Shown: piece after piece, positions 48,301 through 57,256 of the stretch
Layout: each line of letters opens with the position of its first letter
How positions within the stretch are numbered: position 1 is the first letter of the stretch
DNA from: Candidatus Latescibacterota bacterium
GTDB taxonomy: Bacteria > Latescibacterota > UBA2968 > UBA8231
Assembly (NCBI GenBank): GCA_965219385.1
Contig: CBDCNM010000002.1
Coordinates: 2,040,936-2,104,935 of the forward strand
Direction: 5' to 3'
DNA length: 64,000 nt
Position numbers and translations under genes: made by a program
The notes under the pieces: generated by a model
Told to the model about the DNA's origin: nothing
Databases searched by the model: none
The model's input: the letters and a program-made list of their open reading frames with translations, nothing else

Positions 48301-48578
48301 TGCTCCACCGCCAACTCAAAACCGCCCTGGAGGGCATCTTTGGCGCCGAGTTCGTCGAAGCGGCCCTCACCCAGCCCGAACTGGCCCAGGTGGTGCTCTA
48401 CGAGCGCCCCGAAGACTTCAAAAAAGCCGTCCTGGGCTTTCAGCGCCTCAATTACCGCGACGAACACCAGCGGTACGCAGCCACGCTCGAGCGCGAACTA
48501 GGGATTGCCCTGATCTGTTCTTTGCTGGACAACCCCACCCGCGAACTGGTGGCGGAGTTAGGCCTGAACTACCTGTAA
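48300..48578 (+). CDS. Hypothetical protein (92 aa)
   Basis: MLHRQLKTALEGIFGAEF...LGLNYL. GC3-rich codon usage; coupled start. Confidence 0.7.
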   Translation: MLHRQLKTALEGIFGAEFVEAALTQPELAQVVLYERPEDFKKAVLGFQRLNYRDEHQRYAATLERELGIALICSLLDNPTRELVAELGLNYL

Positions 48579-48698
48579 TTCATTCTCACCCCGGCCCTCC
48601 GAGGAACCTGAGCCTCCCTTGATTAGTTTTATGAGGGAAAAAGAAGGGGCGCGTACCGTGGCTGGGCTTGGGCGCCCAGTTCCTGGAAGGGGACAAAA

Positions 48699-49013
48699 AT
48701 GGCGGCTTTGAAAGCAGAAAGACCTTCCTCCAGAGTCAAAGATCGAACCAATCCCATGGAGTCCTACTGGCGGGATATTCAACACTATGAACCGTTGAGC
48801 AGGGCTCGCGAAATCGACCTGGACGAACGCGAGCACCAGATCATCCGCTCCTGCTTCGGCCTGGAGGATCAGGCCCCCATGACTCTGGAGAAGATCGGCG
48901 CCACCCTGGGACTGACGCGCGAGCGGGTGCGCCAGCTCCAGCTGCGGGACCGCGCGCTGCGAAAGATGCGGATCCAGTGGGGCGACCTGCTGCTGGAGCT
49001 TTCGAATAATTAA
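48699..49013 (+). pseudogene. Sigma-70 factor lacking regions 2-3 (region 1.2 joined to region 4)
   Basis: YWRDIQHYEPLSRARE (r1.2) fused in frame to LDEREHQII...FGL...TLEKIG...LTRERVRQ (r4 HTH). Confidence 0.8.
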
Positions 49014-49041
49014 TAAAAATGCGCTTTCATGCACCTTTTGG

Positions 49042-49075
49042 ACCGGGCAGGGCCGGAATCCTACCCGGTTTTTTT
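49042..49075 (+). terminator. Putative rho-independent terminator
   Basis: ACCGGGCAGG/CCTACCCGGT stem followed by a T-run. Confidence 0.55.
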
Positions 49076-49148
49076 GCGCCCCTTGAAAAATATTGGAAAA
49101 TGTCTTTCCTTTGTTACAGTAACTTTTCAGTCTTATGCAAGAGTTATC

Positions 49149-49976
49149 GTGCGCTATAATCTAGCAGATCTTCATATCCACTCCTTTTGTTCCGACGGCC
49201 TTCGCACCCCCACCCAGACGGTGGAGGAAGCCCGCGACGCCGGGATTCAGGCTCTGAGTCTCACCGATCACGATACCGTCGACGGTATCGACGAAGCCTT
49301 GCGTGCGGGAGAAGCTCTGGGGCTCGAAGTCGTTCCCGGTGCGGAGTTGAGCGCTCACGTCAAGGAGCGGGAGGTGCACATCCTGGCTTACTGTCTGGAG
49401 TGGCAAGCCGCCAAACTGGCGAGCTACCTGAGTCTACTTGGCCGGCAGCGCTACGACCGGGGTATCGCCATTGTCGAACGCCTCAACAACCTGGGCGTGG
49501 AGCTGACTTTAGAGGACGTCCTCAGCGAAACCAGCGGCAGCTCTCTGGGGCGACCCCACATAGCCGCGGCCATGGTGAATCGGGGACTGGTGGCCAGCAA
49601 AGACGAGGCCTTCAACCACTACCTGGGCGACCGATCCCCGGCGTATGAACCCAAGCCCTACATGGCCGCGGGTGATGTAATCGAACTAATTCACCGGGTT
49701 AAAGGGGTGGCTTTCCTGGCTCATCCAGGGACCAGCCTGTCCGAATCGGTGATCGCCCAACTGGTGGACTCCGGCCTGGATGGAGTGGAGATCTTTCATC
49801 CGGCCCACCAGGCTCCACAAATCGAATATTACACGCAACTGGTAGAGCGTTATGGCCTGCTGCAATCCGGGGGGTCCGATAGCCACGGCAACCCCGAAGG
49901 TGCCCGCATCGGCGAGTATGGCATAGGCTACGAGGCCATAGAAGCCCTGCGCGAACGCGCTGCGAGCTACGCCTAA
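49149..49976 (+). CDS. PHP domain protein (TrpH/YciV-like)
   Basis: DLHIHSFCSDG, LTDHDT, GRPHIA, LAHP, GGSDSHG. Confidence 0.92.
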   Translation: MRYNLADLHIHSFCSDGLRTPTQTVEEARDAGIQALSLTDHDTVDGIDEALRAGEALGLEVVPGAELSAHVKEREVHILAYCLEWQAAKLASYLSLLGRQRYDRGIAIVERLNNLGVELTLEDVLSETSGSSLGRPHIAAAMVNRGLVASKDEAFNHYLGDRSPAYEPKPYMAAGDVIELIHRVKGVAFLAHPGTSLSESVIAQLVDSGLDGVEIFHPAHQAPQIEYYTQLVERYGLLQSGGSDSHGNPEGARIGEYGIGYEAIEALRERAASYA

Positions 49977-50004
49977 ATCCACGAGGTCTAAAAACCCCCA
50001 ATAA

Positions 50005-51675
50005 ATGAGATTCACTTGCCGCGCCGGCAGCTTCCTCTCCCTTCTGCTCGGAGGAGTCTGGTTGCTGGCCTCCCCTCCTGTACAGGCAGTCCTGCCCCAG
50101 CATTTTAACCAGAACCCAGAATCCAAACCCATCGAGGGCTTGATCGGCGCCGGCATCGGCGATATTAAATGGAGCGGCCGCTATCTGTGGGTCGTCACCG
50201 AAAGCGGCGTGGCCCGCCTGGATCCGGCTCAGTACAGCGGCCTGGACGAGGCGGACTGGGTGACCTATACCGAACTCAACGGCATAGGCCGGGGGAGCCC
50301 CAGCGCCCTGGACGTCAGCGGCGATACCGTCTGGGTCGCCACCGTCTACGACACCACCACGGTGCTGGGCGACTTTACCGTGGGCAATGGCCTGAGCTTT
50401 TCGCTCGATGCCGGACAGTCCTGGCAGCACATCCCCGTCGAAACCATCTTCAACCCCTCCAGACCCGGCTTCGAAAGGGGGCCGACCACCCCCATCGACA
50501 ATCCCTGCTGGGGCCTGGCCCTCGACGGCTCCACCCTCTGGGGCGCTTTTTTCGCCGGCTCTTCGGTGCGCTCACAGGACGGCGGCCGGACTTGGGAACG
50601 GATCCTGCCCGACGGGACCGACGAAATCATTTTTTTCTCTCGGGACAGGGCCGATAGCCTCTCCCTGGTTTTCGAAATCCGGGCCGACAGCCTGGAACAT
50701 GCAGGGGGAACCGCGGCAAAGGTCGAACTCCTGCGTGCCCGGTCCGATAGCCTGGTCAGGCACCTGATGCACCGAACCTTCTCGGTGCTGGCCTACGGCG
50801 ACACCGTCTGGATCGGCACCTCGAGCGGGATTGGCCGCAGCTTCGACCAGGGCCAGACCTGGGATAACCTCAAGGTGCGCCACGACCGCAGCGGGAATAC
50901 CTTGCCCGGCCACATCGGCGGCAACTGGGTGGTGGCCCTGGAGCGCCAGATCCTGGCGGACGGCACCAGCGTCATCTGGGCCGGCACCCGCGCCACCGAC
51001 CAGGAGACGGGGGGCATCAACTCCATCAGCTTCAGCCGCGACCAGGGCCAGACCTGGACCATTACCGGCCCGACCTTTGCGTGGGATTTTGCCTTTACCC
51101 GGAACAAGGTCTGGGCCAGCACCGACCAGGGCCTCTACGCCAGCGAGGACGAGGGCCAGACCTGGCAGCAAGTCGAGGTCGAGGATACCTTCATCCGCGA
51201 AAAGCTCCGCGGCAATTTCGTGGGTCTGGAAACCTTGGGGGACACCCTGTGGGTGGGGGCCGAGAACGGCCTGGGACTCTCCCTGGACGAGGGCCAGACC
51301 TGGCGCATCCTGCGCTTTCTCGTGCGCACCCTCTCCATCGACACCCGGGAGGAGATCGGCACCAGCGGACTGCTGGATCGGGAAGTGCTCACCTATGCGG
51401 CGCCCAACCCCTTTGCGCCCTCGCAGGGGGAACAGGCCCGCATCATCTTCGGCCTGGCCCGGGACGCCCAGGCCACCATTAAAATCTACGATTTCGCCAG
51501 CCGCCTGGTCCGCACTCTCGAACCGGAGGAGTCGCTGGCAGGACAGTACAACTACGGGCGCAACTGGGACGGTCTCGACGACGACGGCAGGCCCGTGGCC
51601 AATGGGGTATACCTCTACCGCATTGAACTGAGCACCGGGCACCAGGCCTTTGGGAAAGTGGTGGTTCTGGATTGA
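50005..51675 (+). CDS. Secreted BNR/Asp-box beta-propeller protein with FlgD-Ig/T9SS-like CTD
   Basis: Signal peptide. Repeated SxDxGxTW-type boxes. C-terminal PNPF...IYD...WDG.DD.G..VANGVYLYRI...KVVVL. Confidence 0.85.
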   Translation: MRFTCRAGSFLSLLLGGVWLLASPPVQAVLPQHFNQNPESKPIEGLIGAGIGDIKWSGRYLWVVTESGVARLDPAQYSGLDEADWVTYTELNGIGRGSPSALDVSGDTVWVATVYDTTTVLGDFTVGNGLSFSLDAGQSWQHIPVETIFNPSRPGFERGPTTPIDNPCWGLALDGSTLWGAFFAGSSVRSQDGGRTWERILPDGTDEIIFFSRDRADSLSLVFEIRADSLEHAGGTAAKVELLRARSDSLVRHLMHRTFSVLAYGDTVWIGTSSGIGRSFDQGQTWDNLKVRHDRSGNTLPGHIGGNWVVALERQILADGTSVIWAGTRATDQETGGINSISFSRDQGQTWTITGPTFAWDFAFTRNKVWASTDQGLYASEDEGQTWQQVEVEDTFIREKLRGNFVGLETLGDTLWVGAENGLGLSLDEGQTWRILRFLVRTLSIDTREEIGTSGLLDREVLTYAAPNPFAPSQGEQARIIFGLARDAQATIKIYDFASRLVRTLEPEESLAGQYNYGRNWDGLDDDGRPVANGVYLYRIELSTGHQAFGKVVVLD

Positions 51676-52619
51676 AAACATACCTGTTCCATACAGCGAC
51701 GCTGATCGGATGCCTGCTGCTGGCGCCCCCGGCGAGGGCGGCCGATTTTGCCGCCGCCTTCCTGAAGACTGGGGCCGGGGCGCGCGCCTTGGGCATGGGC
51801 AGCGCTTTTGTCGGTGTGGCGAACGACGCTTCGGCCCCGTACTGGAATCCCGCGGGGCTGATCCGGACTCAGGGCAAGGTCTTCCTGGCCTCGCACCAGT
51901 CGCTTTCCCTGGACCGCCGGCAGGACCATGTTTCTTTTGTCCTGAACCTGCGCCGCGAGCTGGGCTTTGGCTTCACCTGGATGCACGCCGGCGTCGGCGA
52001 CATCGCCGGGCGAAGAGCCGACGGCCAGCCGACCGGCGCTATAGAAGACGCGGCAAACATCTACTACATCTCCGTGGGCCGCGCCCTGGGACACCGGCTT
52101 TCCATCGGGCTGACCATGAAGGTCATAGATCATAAAATAAAAGTCCCCTTCAGAGGCACCTCGACCGGCAAGGGCAACGCCTTCGAGCTGGGTTTTCAGT
52201 ACCATCTGGGGGCTAAAACCGTACTGGCGGGCGTATGGAGCAACCTGAATTCCAAGCTAAGCTGGAGGGTCGAGCGCGGTGCGGATCAAACCAGCAGCAC
52301 GGAGGACAAATTGCCCTTGATTCGCGTCCTGGGCGCGAGCCATCGCCCCCTGGCCAACCTGCTCCTGGCCGCGGATCTGAACAGCAGCAACGTCGAGACC
52401 TCCCTCAACCTGGGGGCCGAATGGGTGGTTGGTCCGGTGCTGACTCTGCGGGCCGGCCTCAATCGGGTGCCGGGCGCCGCCCGCAGCATCGGCTCGACCG
52501 CCGCGGGCGCGACCCTGCGGCCCATGCGCCGGGACACCCTGCGCTTTCACTACACCTACGCCTCCGACGAGCTGGAGGGCGGGGGCCGCACAGCCGTAGC
52601 CTTGGCCCTGCAGTTCTGA
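51672..52619 (+). CDS. PorV/PorQ family outer-membrane protein
   Basis: FLKTGAGARALGMGSA, YWNPAGL, C-terminal Phe. Confidence 0.85.
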   Translation: MKTYLFHTATLIGCLLLAPPARAADFAAAFLKTGAGARALGMGSAFVGVANDASAPYWNPAGLIRTQGKVFLASHQSLSLDRRQDHVSFVLNLRRELGFGFTWMHAGVGDIAGRRADGQPTGAIEDAANIYYISVGRALGHRLSIGLTMKVIDHKIKVPFRGTSTGKGNAFELGFQYHLGAKTVLAGVWSNLNSKLSWRVERGADQTSSTEDKLPLIRVLGASHRPLANLLLAADLNSSNVETSLNLGAEWVVGPVLTLRAGLNRVPGAARSIGSTAAGATLRPMRRDTLRFHYTYASDELEGGGRTAVALALQF

Positions 52620-52658
52620 GGGGTGGAGCCACTTTGGAAGGCTTCTTAGAATTGTGAT

Positions 52659-53558
52659 ATGAGCATACCACGGATGAGAAATATACTTTGGGGCGCCCTC
52701 CTGGTCGGCCTGGGGCTTTTCCACCCTGCCAGGGCCGCCACGGGCCTGCCTTTCCTGCGCCTCAGCTCCGGCGCGCGCGCTGCGGCCCTGGCCGAAGCCG
52801 TGATTGCGGTGCCCAGCGCAGAGGCCATCTCCTACAACCCGGCGGCCCTCCGGGCGCGGGGCCGCAGCGCCGGATTTACCCACAGTGAGTGGATCCAGGG
52901 CATCCACCACGAATACCTTTCCGTGGTATTCGGCAAACAGAGCGGCGTCCTGGGGATGGCAGCACAGGTTTCCCAGGCCCGCAGTCTCGAATTCCGCACC
53001 GGTCCGACGGCAGAACCGCTGGGTGAATTCGGCGTCTACGAAGGGGCGGTCAACCTGGCCTATGCCCATCTCTGGAGCCGGAAATTGCGGCTCGGGACCA
53101 ATGTCAAACTGATACGACAGGCCATCTACACCCAGACCGCCACAGGGGTGGCCCTGGATCTGGGCCTGCTCTACCAGGCCCGCCCGCACCTGAGCCTGGG
53201 CCTGGCCGCCCGCAACCTGGGCCGCATGAACCAGCTGGATCGGGAGGCCACTGTCCTCCCCCGCGCCGTGCGAGTGGGCCTGGCCTACACCGGCCTGGAC
53301 CACCTGCTCTTCAGCCTGGAGGTCCAACAAGTCTCAGGCGGCTCTACCACCCTGCACCTGGGCGGCGAATACGCCCTCCACCGCCACCTCCGGGCGCGCG
53401 GCGGTTACCAGAGCGCCGACACCCGCAACCTGAGCCTGGGCCTGGGCCTTGAAATCGGGATCTGGAGCGTGGACTACGCCTTTATCCCCTTCAGATCCGA
53501 TCTGGGAGAGGCCCACCGTCTCAGCGTGGTGCTGCACCGGAGGGTGGATACCTTATGA
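52659..53558 (+). CDS. PorV/PorQ family outer-membrane protein
   Basis: FLRLSSGARAAALAEA, YNPAAL, DYAF...LGEAHRLS. Confidence 0.85.
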   Translation: MSIPRMRNILWGALLVGLGLFHPARAATGLPFLRLSSGARAAALAEAVIAVPSAEAISYNPAALRARGRSAGFTHSEWIQGIHHEYLSVVFGKQSGVLGMAAQVSQARSLEFRTGPTAEPLGEFGVYEGAVNLAYAHLWSRKLRLGTNVKLIRQAIYTQTATGVALDLGLLYQARPHLSLGLAARNLGRMNQLDREATVLPRAVRVGLAYTGLDHLLFSLEVQQVSGGSTTLHLGGEYALHRHLRARGGYQSADTRNLSLGLGLEIGIWSVDYAFIPFRSDLGEAHRLSVVLHRRVDTL

Positions 53559-54532
53559 ATCTGTGGCGCAAAAGCCTACCCGAGCCTCCCGCGCCCGTGT
53601 ACCAGGCGCCTCCTCCGCCCCTGCCTTCCTTGTGGAAAACGCCCCGACCGGTCGTCAGCCGGCCCTGGGTGCACATCCTGCTCTTTGTGCTGACCCTGGC
53701 CTCCATGACGGTGGCCGGGGCCAAATTGCGGAGCGTAGATCCGTTTATCAGTCTGGTTCACCTCAGCGAAGGCATCCCCTTTGCGGCCACCCTTCTGGCC
53801 ATCCTCACCGTGCACGAATTCGGTCACTACTTTGCGGCCCGCAGGTGGGGGGTCAAAGCCTCCCTGCCCTATTTCATACCCTTGCCGCTGTTCCTGGGCA
53901 CCCTGGGCGCAGTGATCAGAATCCGCTCCCCCATCCCCCACAAAAGGGCTCTGATGGACATCGGCGCCGCCGGTCCGCTGGCCGGTTTTGTCGTGGCCCT
54001 AGCCGTGTGCTTCATCGGACTGTCCCAGTCCACCCTTATCCGGGCCGAGGATTTTTACCACGGTCTGCCCATTCAACTGGGTGCTCCTCTGCTGTTCAGC
54101 GGGATATCCGCTCTGGTTTTGCCGGACATCCCCCCGGACCAACTGGTGCTGCTCAGTCCAATGGCCTTTGCCGGCTGGGTGGGACTGTTCATTACGGCCT
54201 TCAATCTTTTCCCCATCGGCCAGCTGGACGGCGGCCACATCGTCTATGCCCTCTTCGGTCGCTGGCACGGCAAAATCGCCCGCGCCGGCTTTGCGATCTT
54301 GCTGGGGATGGGATTATATGGTATTTTATCTCTTATATGGGGATGGCCCCAGGGGTGGCCGGGCTGGCTGGGACTGGCCTTTTTGCTGGTGCTCTTCGGC
54401 ACAGATCACCCTGCGCCCTACAATCCCGGCATCCCGCTGGATCCCAGGCGACGGTGCGTGGGTTACCTTTGTCTGCTGATTTTCGCACTTTGTTTCACCC
54501 CTGTACCTTTGAGCACTTTTATGGGGCAATGA
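53555..54532 (+). CDS. Site-2 protease (M50) family protein
   Basis: HEFGH, LPYFIP, AGPLAG, NLFPIGQLDGGH. Confidence 0.92.
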   Translation: MNLWRKSLPEPPAPVYQAPPPPLPSLWKTPRPVVSRPWVHILLFVLTLASMTVAGAKLRSVDPFISLVHLSEGIPFAATLLAILTVHEFGHYFAARRWGVKASLPYFIPLPLFLGTLGAVIRIRSPIPHKRALMDIGAAGPLAGFVVALAVCFIGLSQSTLIRAEDFYHGLPIQLGAPLLFSGISALVLPDIPPDQLVLLSPMAFAGWVGLFITAFNLFPIGQLDGGHIVYALFGRWHGKIARAGFAILLGMGLYGILSLIWGWPQGWPGWLGLAFLLVLFGTDHPAPYNPGIPLDPRRRCVGYLCLLIFALCFTPVPLSTFMGQ

Positions 54533-55290
54533 CCACCAGGCAACTTCTTTTTTTGGCACTCCCACTGGGGTGGGGTGGAATTGCGGCCGGCTGCGGCCTG
54601 GACGACAGCGCCCAAATGCCGTGTCGCTGCACGGAAGAGACCGACCGGAATCTCTTTCCCCAGTGTTTCGATGCCATCGTCACGGACGAGCGCCACGACC
54701 CTGCCAATCCCCTGAGTACCCGGACGCCGGATTGCCCCAGCGGTAGCCCCCTGTTCCTGCGCGAGCGAACGGAGCCGGCTTTTGTTTTATTCAACGTGGA
54801 AACCACCTTTGAACATCTTCGTCCTAGCCAGTACATGGAACAACTCACCGAGGATTTCATTTTCGTGCCGGATCGGGAGGATATCGACCTCCATCCCGAA
54901 ATTTACCAGGCGCCCGACAACTACGATCCGGACCGGGATACCCTGTGGACCCGGGAGCGGGAACGCGGTTTCGCGGCCGGGTTGCTCAACCAGAACCGGT
55001 TTCAAAAGGTCGATTTTGTCCGCTGGTACAAGTCGGCGAAGGATGAAGTCCAGCCTTTAGAAGATGGATTGAAGGAAAGGTACATCTTTCCGTATGAAAT
55101 CGATTTCATCGTACTGGCTGGCAAGGAGACTGATTGTTCTGGCCAGGGACTCAAAGGCCTGATGGAAGTGGACCTTGTAACACCTACTCCAGAAAACCCG
55201 GTCTGGTCTATCCAGCGCTGGAAGGACCTGCGCGATCCCGCCACCGCCAAGTGTTCGTGGGGGGAACTGCGGGCCGAATTTGCCCCTTGA
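54529..55290 (+). CDS. Hypothetical lipoprotein (NTF2-like pattern)
   Basis: Signal ending IAAGC. YMEQLTEDFIF, WSIQRWKD. ATGA overlap with the upstream gene. Confidence 0.75.
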   Translation: MTTRQLLFLALPLGWGGIAAGCGLDDSAQMPCRCTEETDRNLFPQCFDAIVTDERHDPANPLSTRTPDCPSGSPLFLRERTEPAFVLFNVETTFEHLRPSQYMEQLTEDFIFVPDREDIDLHPEIYQAPDNYDPDRDTLWTRERERGFAAGLLNQNRFQKVDFVRWYKSAKDEVQPLEDGLKERYIFPYEIDFIVLAGKETDCSGQGLKGLMEVDLVTPTPENPVWSIQRWKDLRDPATAKCSWGELRAEFAP

Positions 55291-55332
55291 GACCACCTGC
55301 CGGCGCTCGGATCCGAAAAGGAGCGAAGCGAT

Positions 55333-56049
55333 ATGAAGCGCCACCTTACCTTAATCTTCATGCTTGCAGGCACCCTGTTGTGGCTTGCCTGCGGGTGCAC
55401 AAACCCCTTTGCCCCGGAAAAACACACCCCCACAGAAGGCATCATCGATCAGCCGGTGCCCCCGGCGGACAGTCCCGAGCAACTCATGGACAATCTGACC
55501 AAGGCCATGCGGACCCGCGACGAGCAACTCTACGAGTCCCTTCTGGACTTGGATTTCTGGTTCACCGAAACCGATTGCGCCGGTGAACTGGTCTTCCAGA
55601 ATGGCCTTGAGGAGGAGTTGGAATTCATCGCCGGCAGCCGCGACGGCAGCCGCGACGGCATCTTCGACCGGTACCCCAACTTCGATTTCACCTTCACCCT
55701 GCACACCAACGGCCGCAGCGTCGAACTGGGCAGCGGATACCCGGACGCCTTCGAGGGCGACCCGGACGGCCACCCCGAGGAAGACTGGGAAATATTCCGG
55801 GGACGGGTGCAGATGCTGCTGCTCGACGATAAAGGGGACGGGTTCCGCGTCGACCAAGTCATGACCTACAAACTGCGCCAGGTGACCGAGGAAGAGGTCG
55901 GCGCAAACAACAGCGAAGAAATCGGCCTCTGGAAGATCATCCGCTGGGTCGACGATCCCCTGTCCGGAGACTGCTCCGAACAAGAAGTAGCGTCCAAATC
56001 CGTCGCCCGATCCTCTTCCTGGACTGTGGTGAAGCGGCGCGTCTTTTAA
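55333..56049 (+). CDS. Hypothetical lipoprotein, probable paralogue of the upstream gene
   Basis: Lipobox LAC/CGC then NPFAP. YESLLDLDFWF, WKIIRWVD. Confidence 0.78.
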   Translation: MKRHLTLIFMLAGTLLWLACGCTNPFAPEKHTPTEGIIDQPVPPADSPEQLMDNLTKAMRTRDEQLYESLLDLDFWFTETDCAGELVFQNGLEEELEFIAGSRDGSRDGIFDRYPNFDFTFTLHTNGRSVELGSGYPDAFEGDPDGHPEEDWEIFRGRVQMLLLDDKGDGFRVDQVMTYKLRQVTEEEVGANNSEEIGLWKIIRWVDDPLSGDCSEQEVASKSVARSSSWTVVKRRVF

Positions 56050-56061
56050 GCTTTTCCCCAC

Positions 56062-57255
56062 ATGGCAAAACGCTCCAAAGGTGGAAAGCCCCGGCGCATG
56101 GCGCGCCGCCACCGGTCACCGCTGTGGCACCTGATCCTCAGTGCTATCATGGTGGCTGCGGCGATGGTCTACGTCCTCTATCTGTCCTGGCAAAACCGCA
56201 CCCTGGATCCGCCTCCTGCCCCAGAGCCCTTGCCGGCCATGGCCCCGAAAAAGGCAAAGGATGAGCGCGCCTTGGCCGCTGCCCTGTACGAAGAGGTGGA
56301 CGAGACCCTCGAGGAACTGGGCATTTGGGCGGATCTGATCCACAAGGTCCGGGGGGTGGAGGCCACTGCGGGCGCGGTTGCCATCGACACCATTGCGGTC
56401 CGGATTCCGGCCGATTTGCCCCTGGCCGCGGTCAATCTGGACCTCGCGCTCTTGGTCCAGCGCCGGGGCGGTGAAGTGCTCAGGGCCGTCGAATACCAGC
56501 GTCCTGCCAGAGTCGAAATGCGCTGCGGGCTGGAAAATTCCCTGACCACCCTCTTTGTCCTCAAACGCGCCTCCCGGATCCGGCGCAAAGTCGGACGCAT
56601 CGCCCTTGTCCTGGACGATTTTGGCAGCATGAGCAAGCACCTCACCGAACGTTTTTGCGCCCTGCCCCAGGCCCTGACCCTGGCCGTACTGCCCAATGAA
56701 GGCAGGGTCAAAACCATCGTCGACCTGGCCCGGCGCCACGGCCACGAGGTGCTGGTCCACCTGCCCATGGAACCCGAGGAATATCCCCAAAACAACCCGG
56801 GCGACAACGCCATCTTCGCCCACCAGGACAGCAGTGCGATCCGCCGGCTGGTGCGCGCTGCCCTGCGCAAGGTGCCCAACGCCGTCGGCCTCAACAACCA
56901 CATGGGGTCCAGGGCCACGACCGACCCCCGGGTCATGGAGCTGGTCCTGAGCGAAGTCAAAAGAAACAACCTGCTCTTCCTGGACAGCCGCACCACGCCT
57001 TCCTCGGTGGCCTATGACATGGCCCGTGCCATGGCCATCCCGGCCACCCGCCGGGACCTTTTCATCGATCCCGTGAACCAGACCGCGGCGGTGGAAGCCC
57101 GGCTGTGGGAGCTGGCGGCGCTGGCCGCCGAGCAGGGCCAGGCCATCGGCATTGGCCACGACCGCGAACAAACCCTGCTGGCCCTGGAAGCCATCCTGCC
57201 GCGCCTGGAAACGCGGGGCTTCCGCTTTGTCCCCATTTCCGCACTGGCGCAGTAG
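56062..57255 (+). CDS. Divergent polysaccharide deacetylase (YibQ-like)
   Basis: N-terminal TM. LVLDDFG, HLPMEP, GLNNHMGS, FLDSRT, IGIGH. Confidence 0.9.
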   Translation: MAKRSKGGKPRRMARRHRSPLWHLILSAIMVAAAMVYVLYLSWQNRTLDPPPAPEPLPAMAPKKAKDERALAAALYEEVDETLEELGIWADLIHKVRGVEATAGAVAIDTIAVRIPADLPLAAVNLDLALLVQRRGGEVLRAVEYQRPARVEMRCGLENSLTTLFVLKRASRIRRKVGRIALVLDDFGSMSKHLTERFCALPQALTLAVLPNEGRVKTIVDLARRHGHEVLVHLPMEPEEYPQNNPGDNAIFAHQDSSAIRRLVRAALRKVPNAVGLNNHMGSRATTDPRVMELVLSEVKRNNLLFLDSRTTPSSVAYDMARAMAIPATRRDLFIDPVNQTAAVEARLWELAALAAEQGQAIGIGHDREQTLLALEAILPRLETRGFRFVPISALAQ

Positions 57256-57256
57256 G

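Noticed and set aside
55633..55659. Short in-frame coding duplications (GSRDGSRDG; also ALKQALKQ near 32224 and LRHALRHAL near 1711)
   Set aside because: Ordinary low-copy coding repeats with no frame effect.
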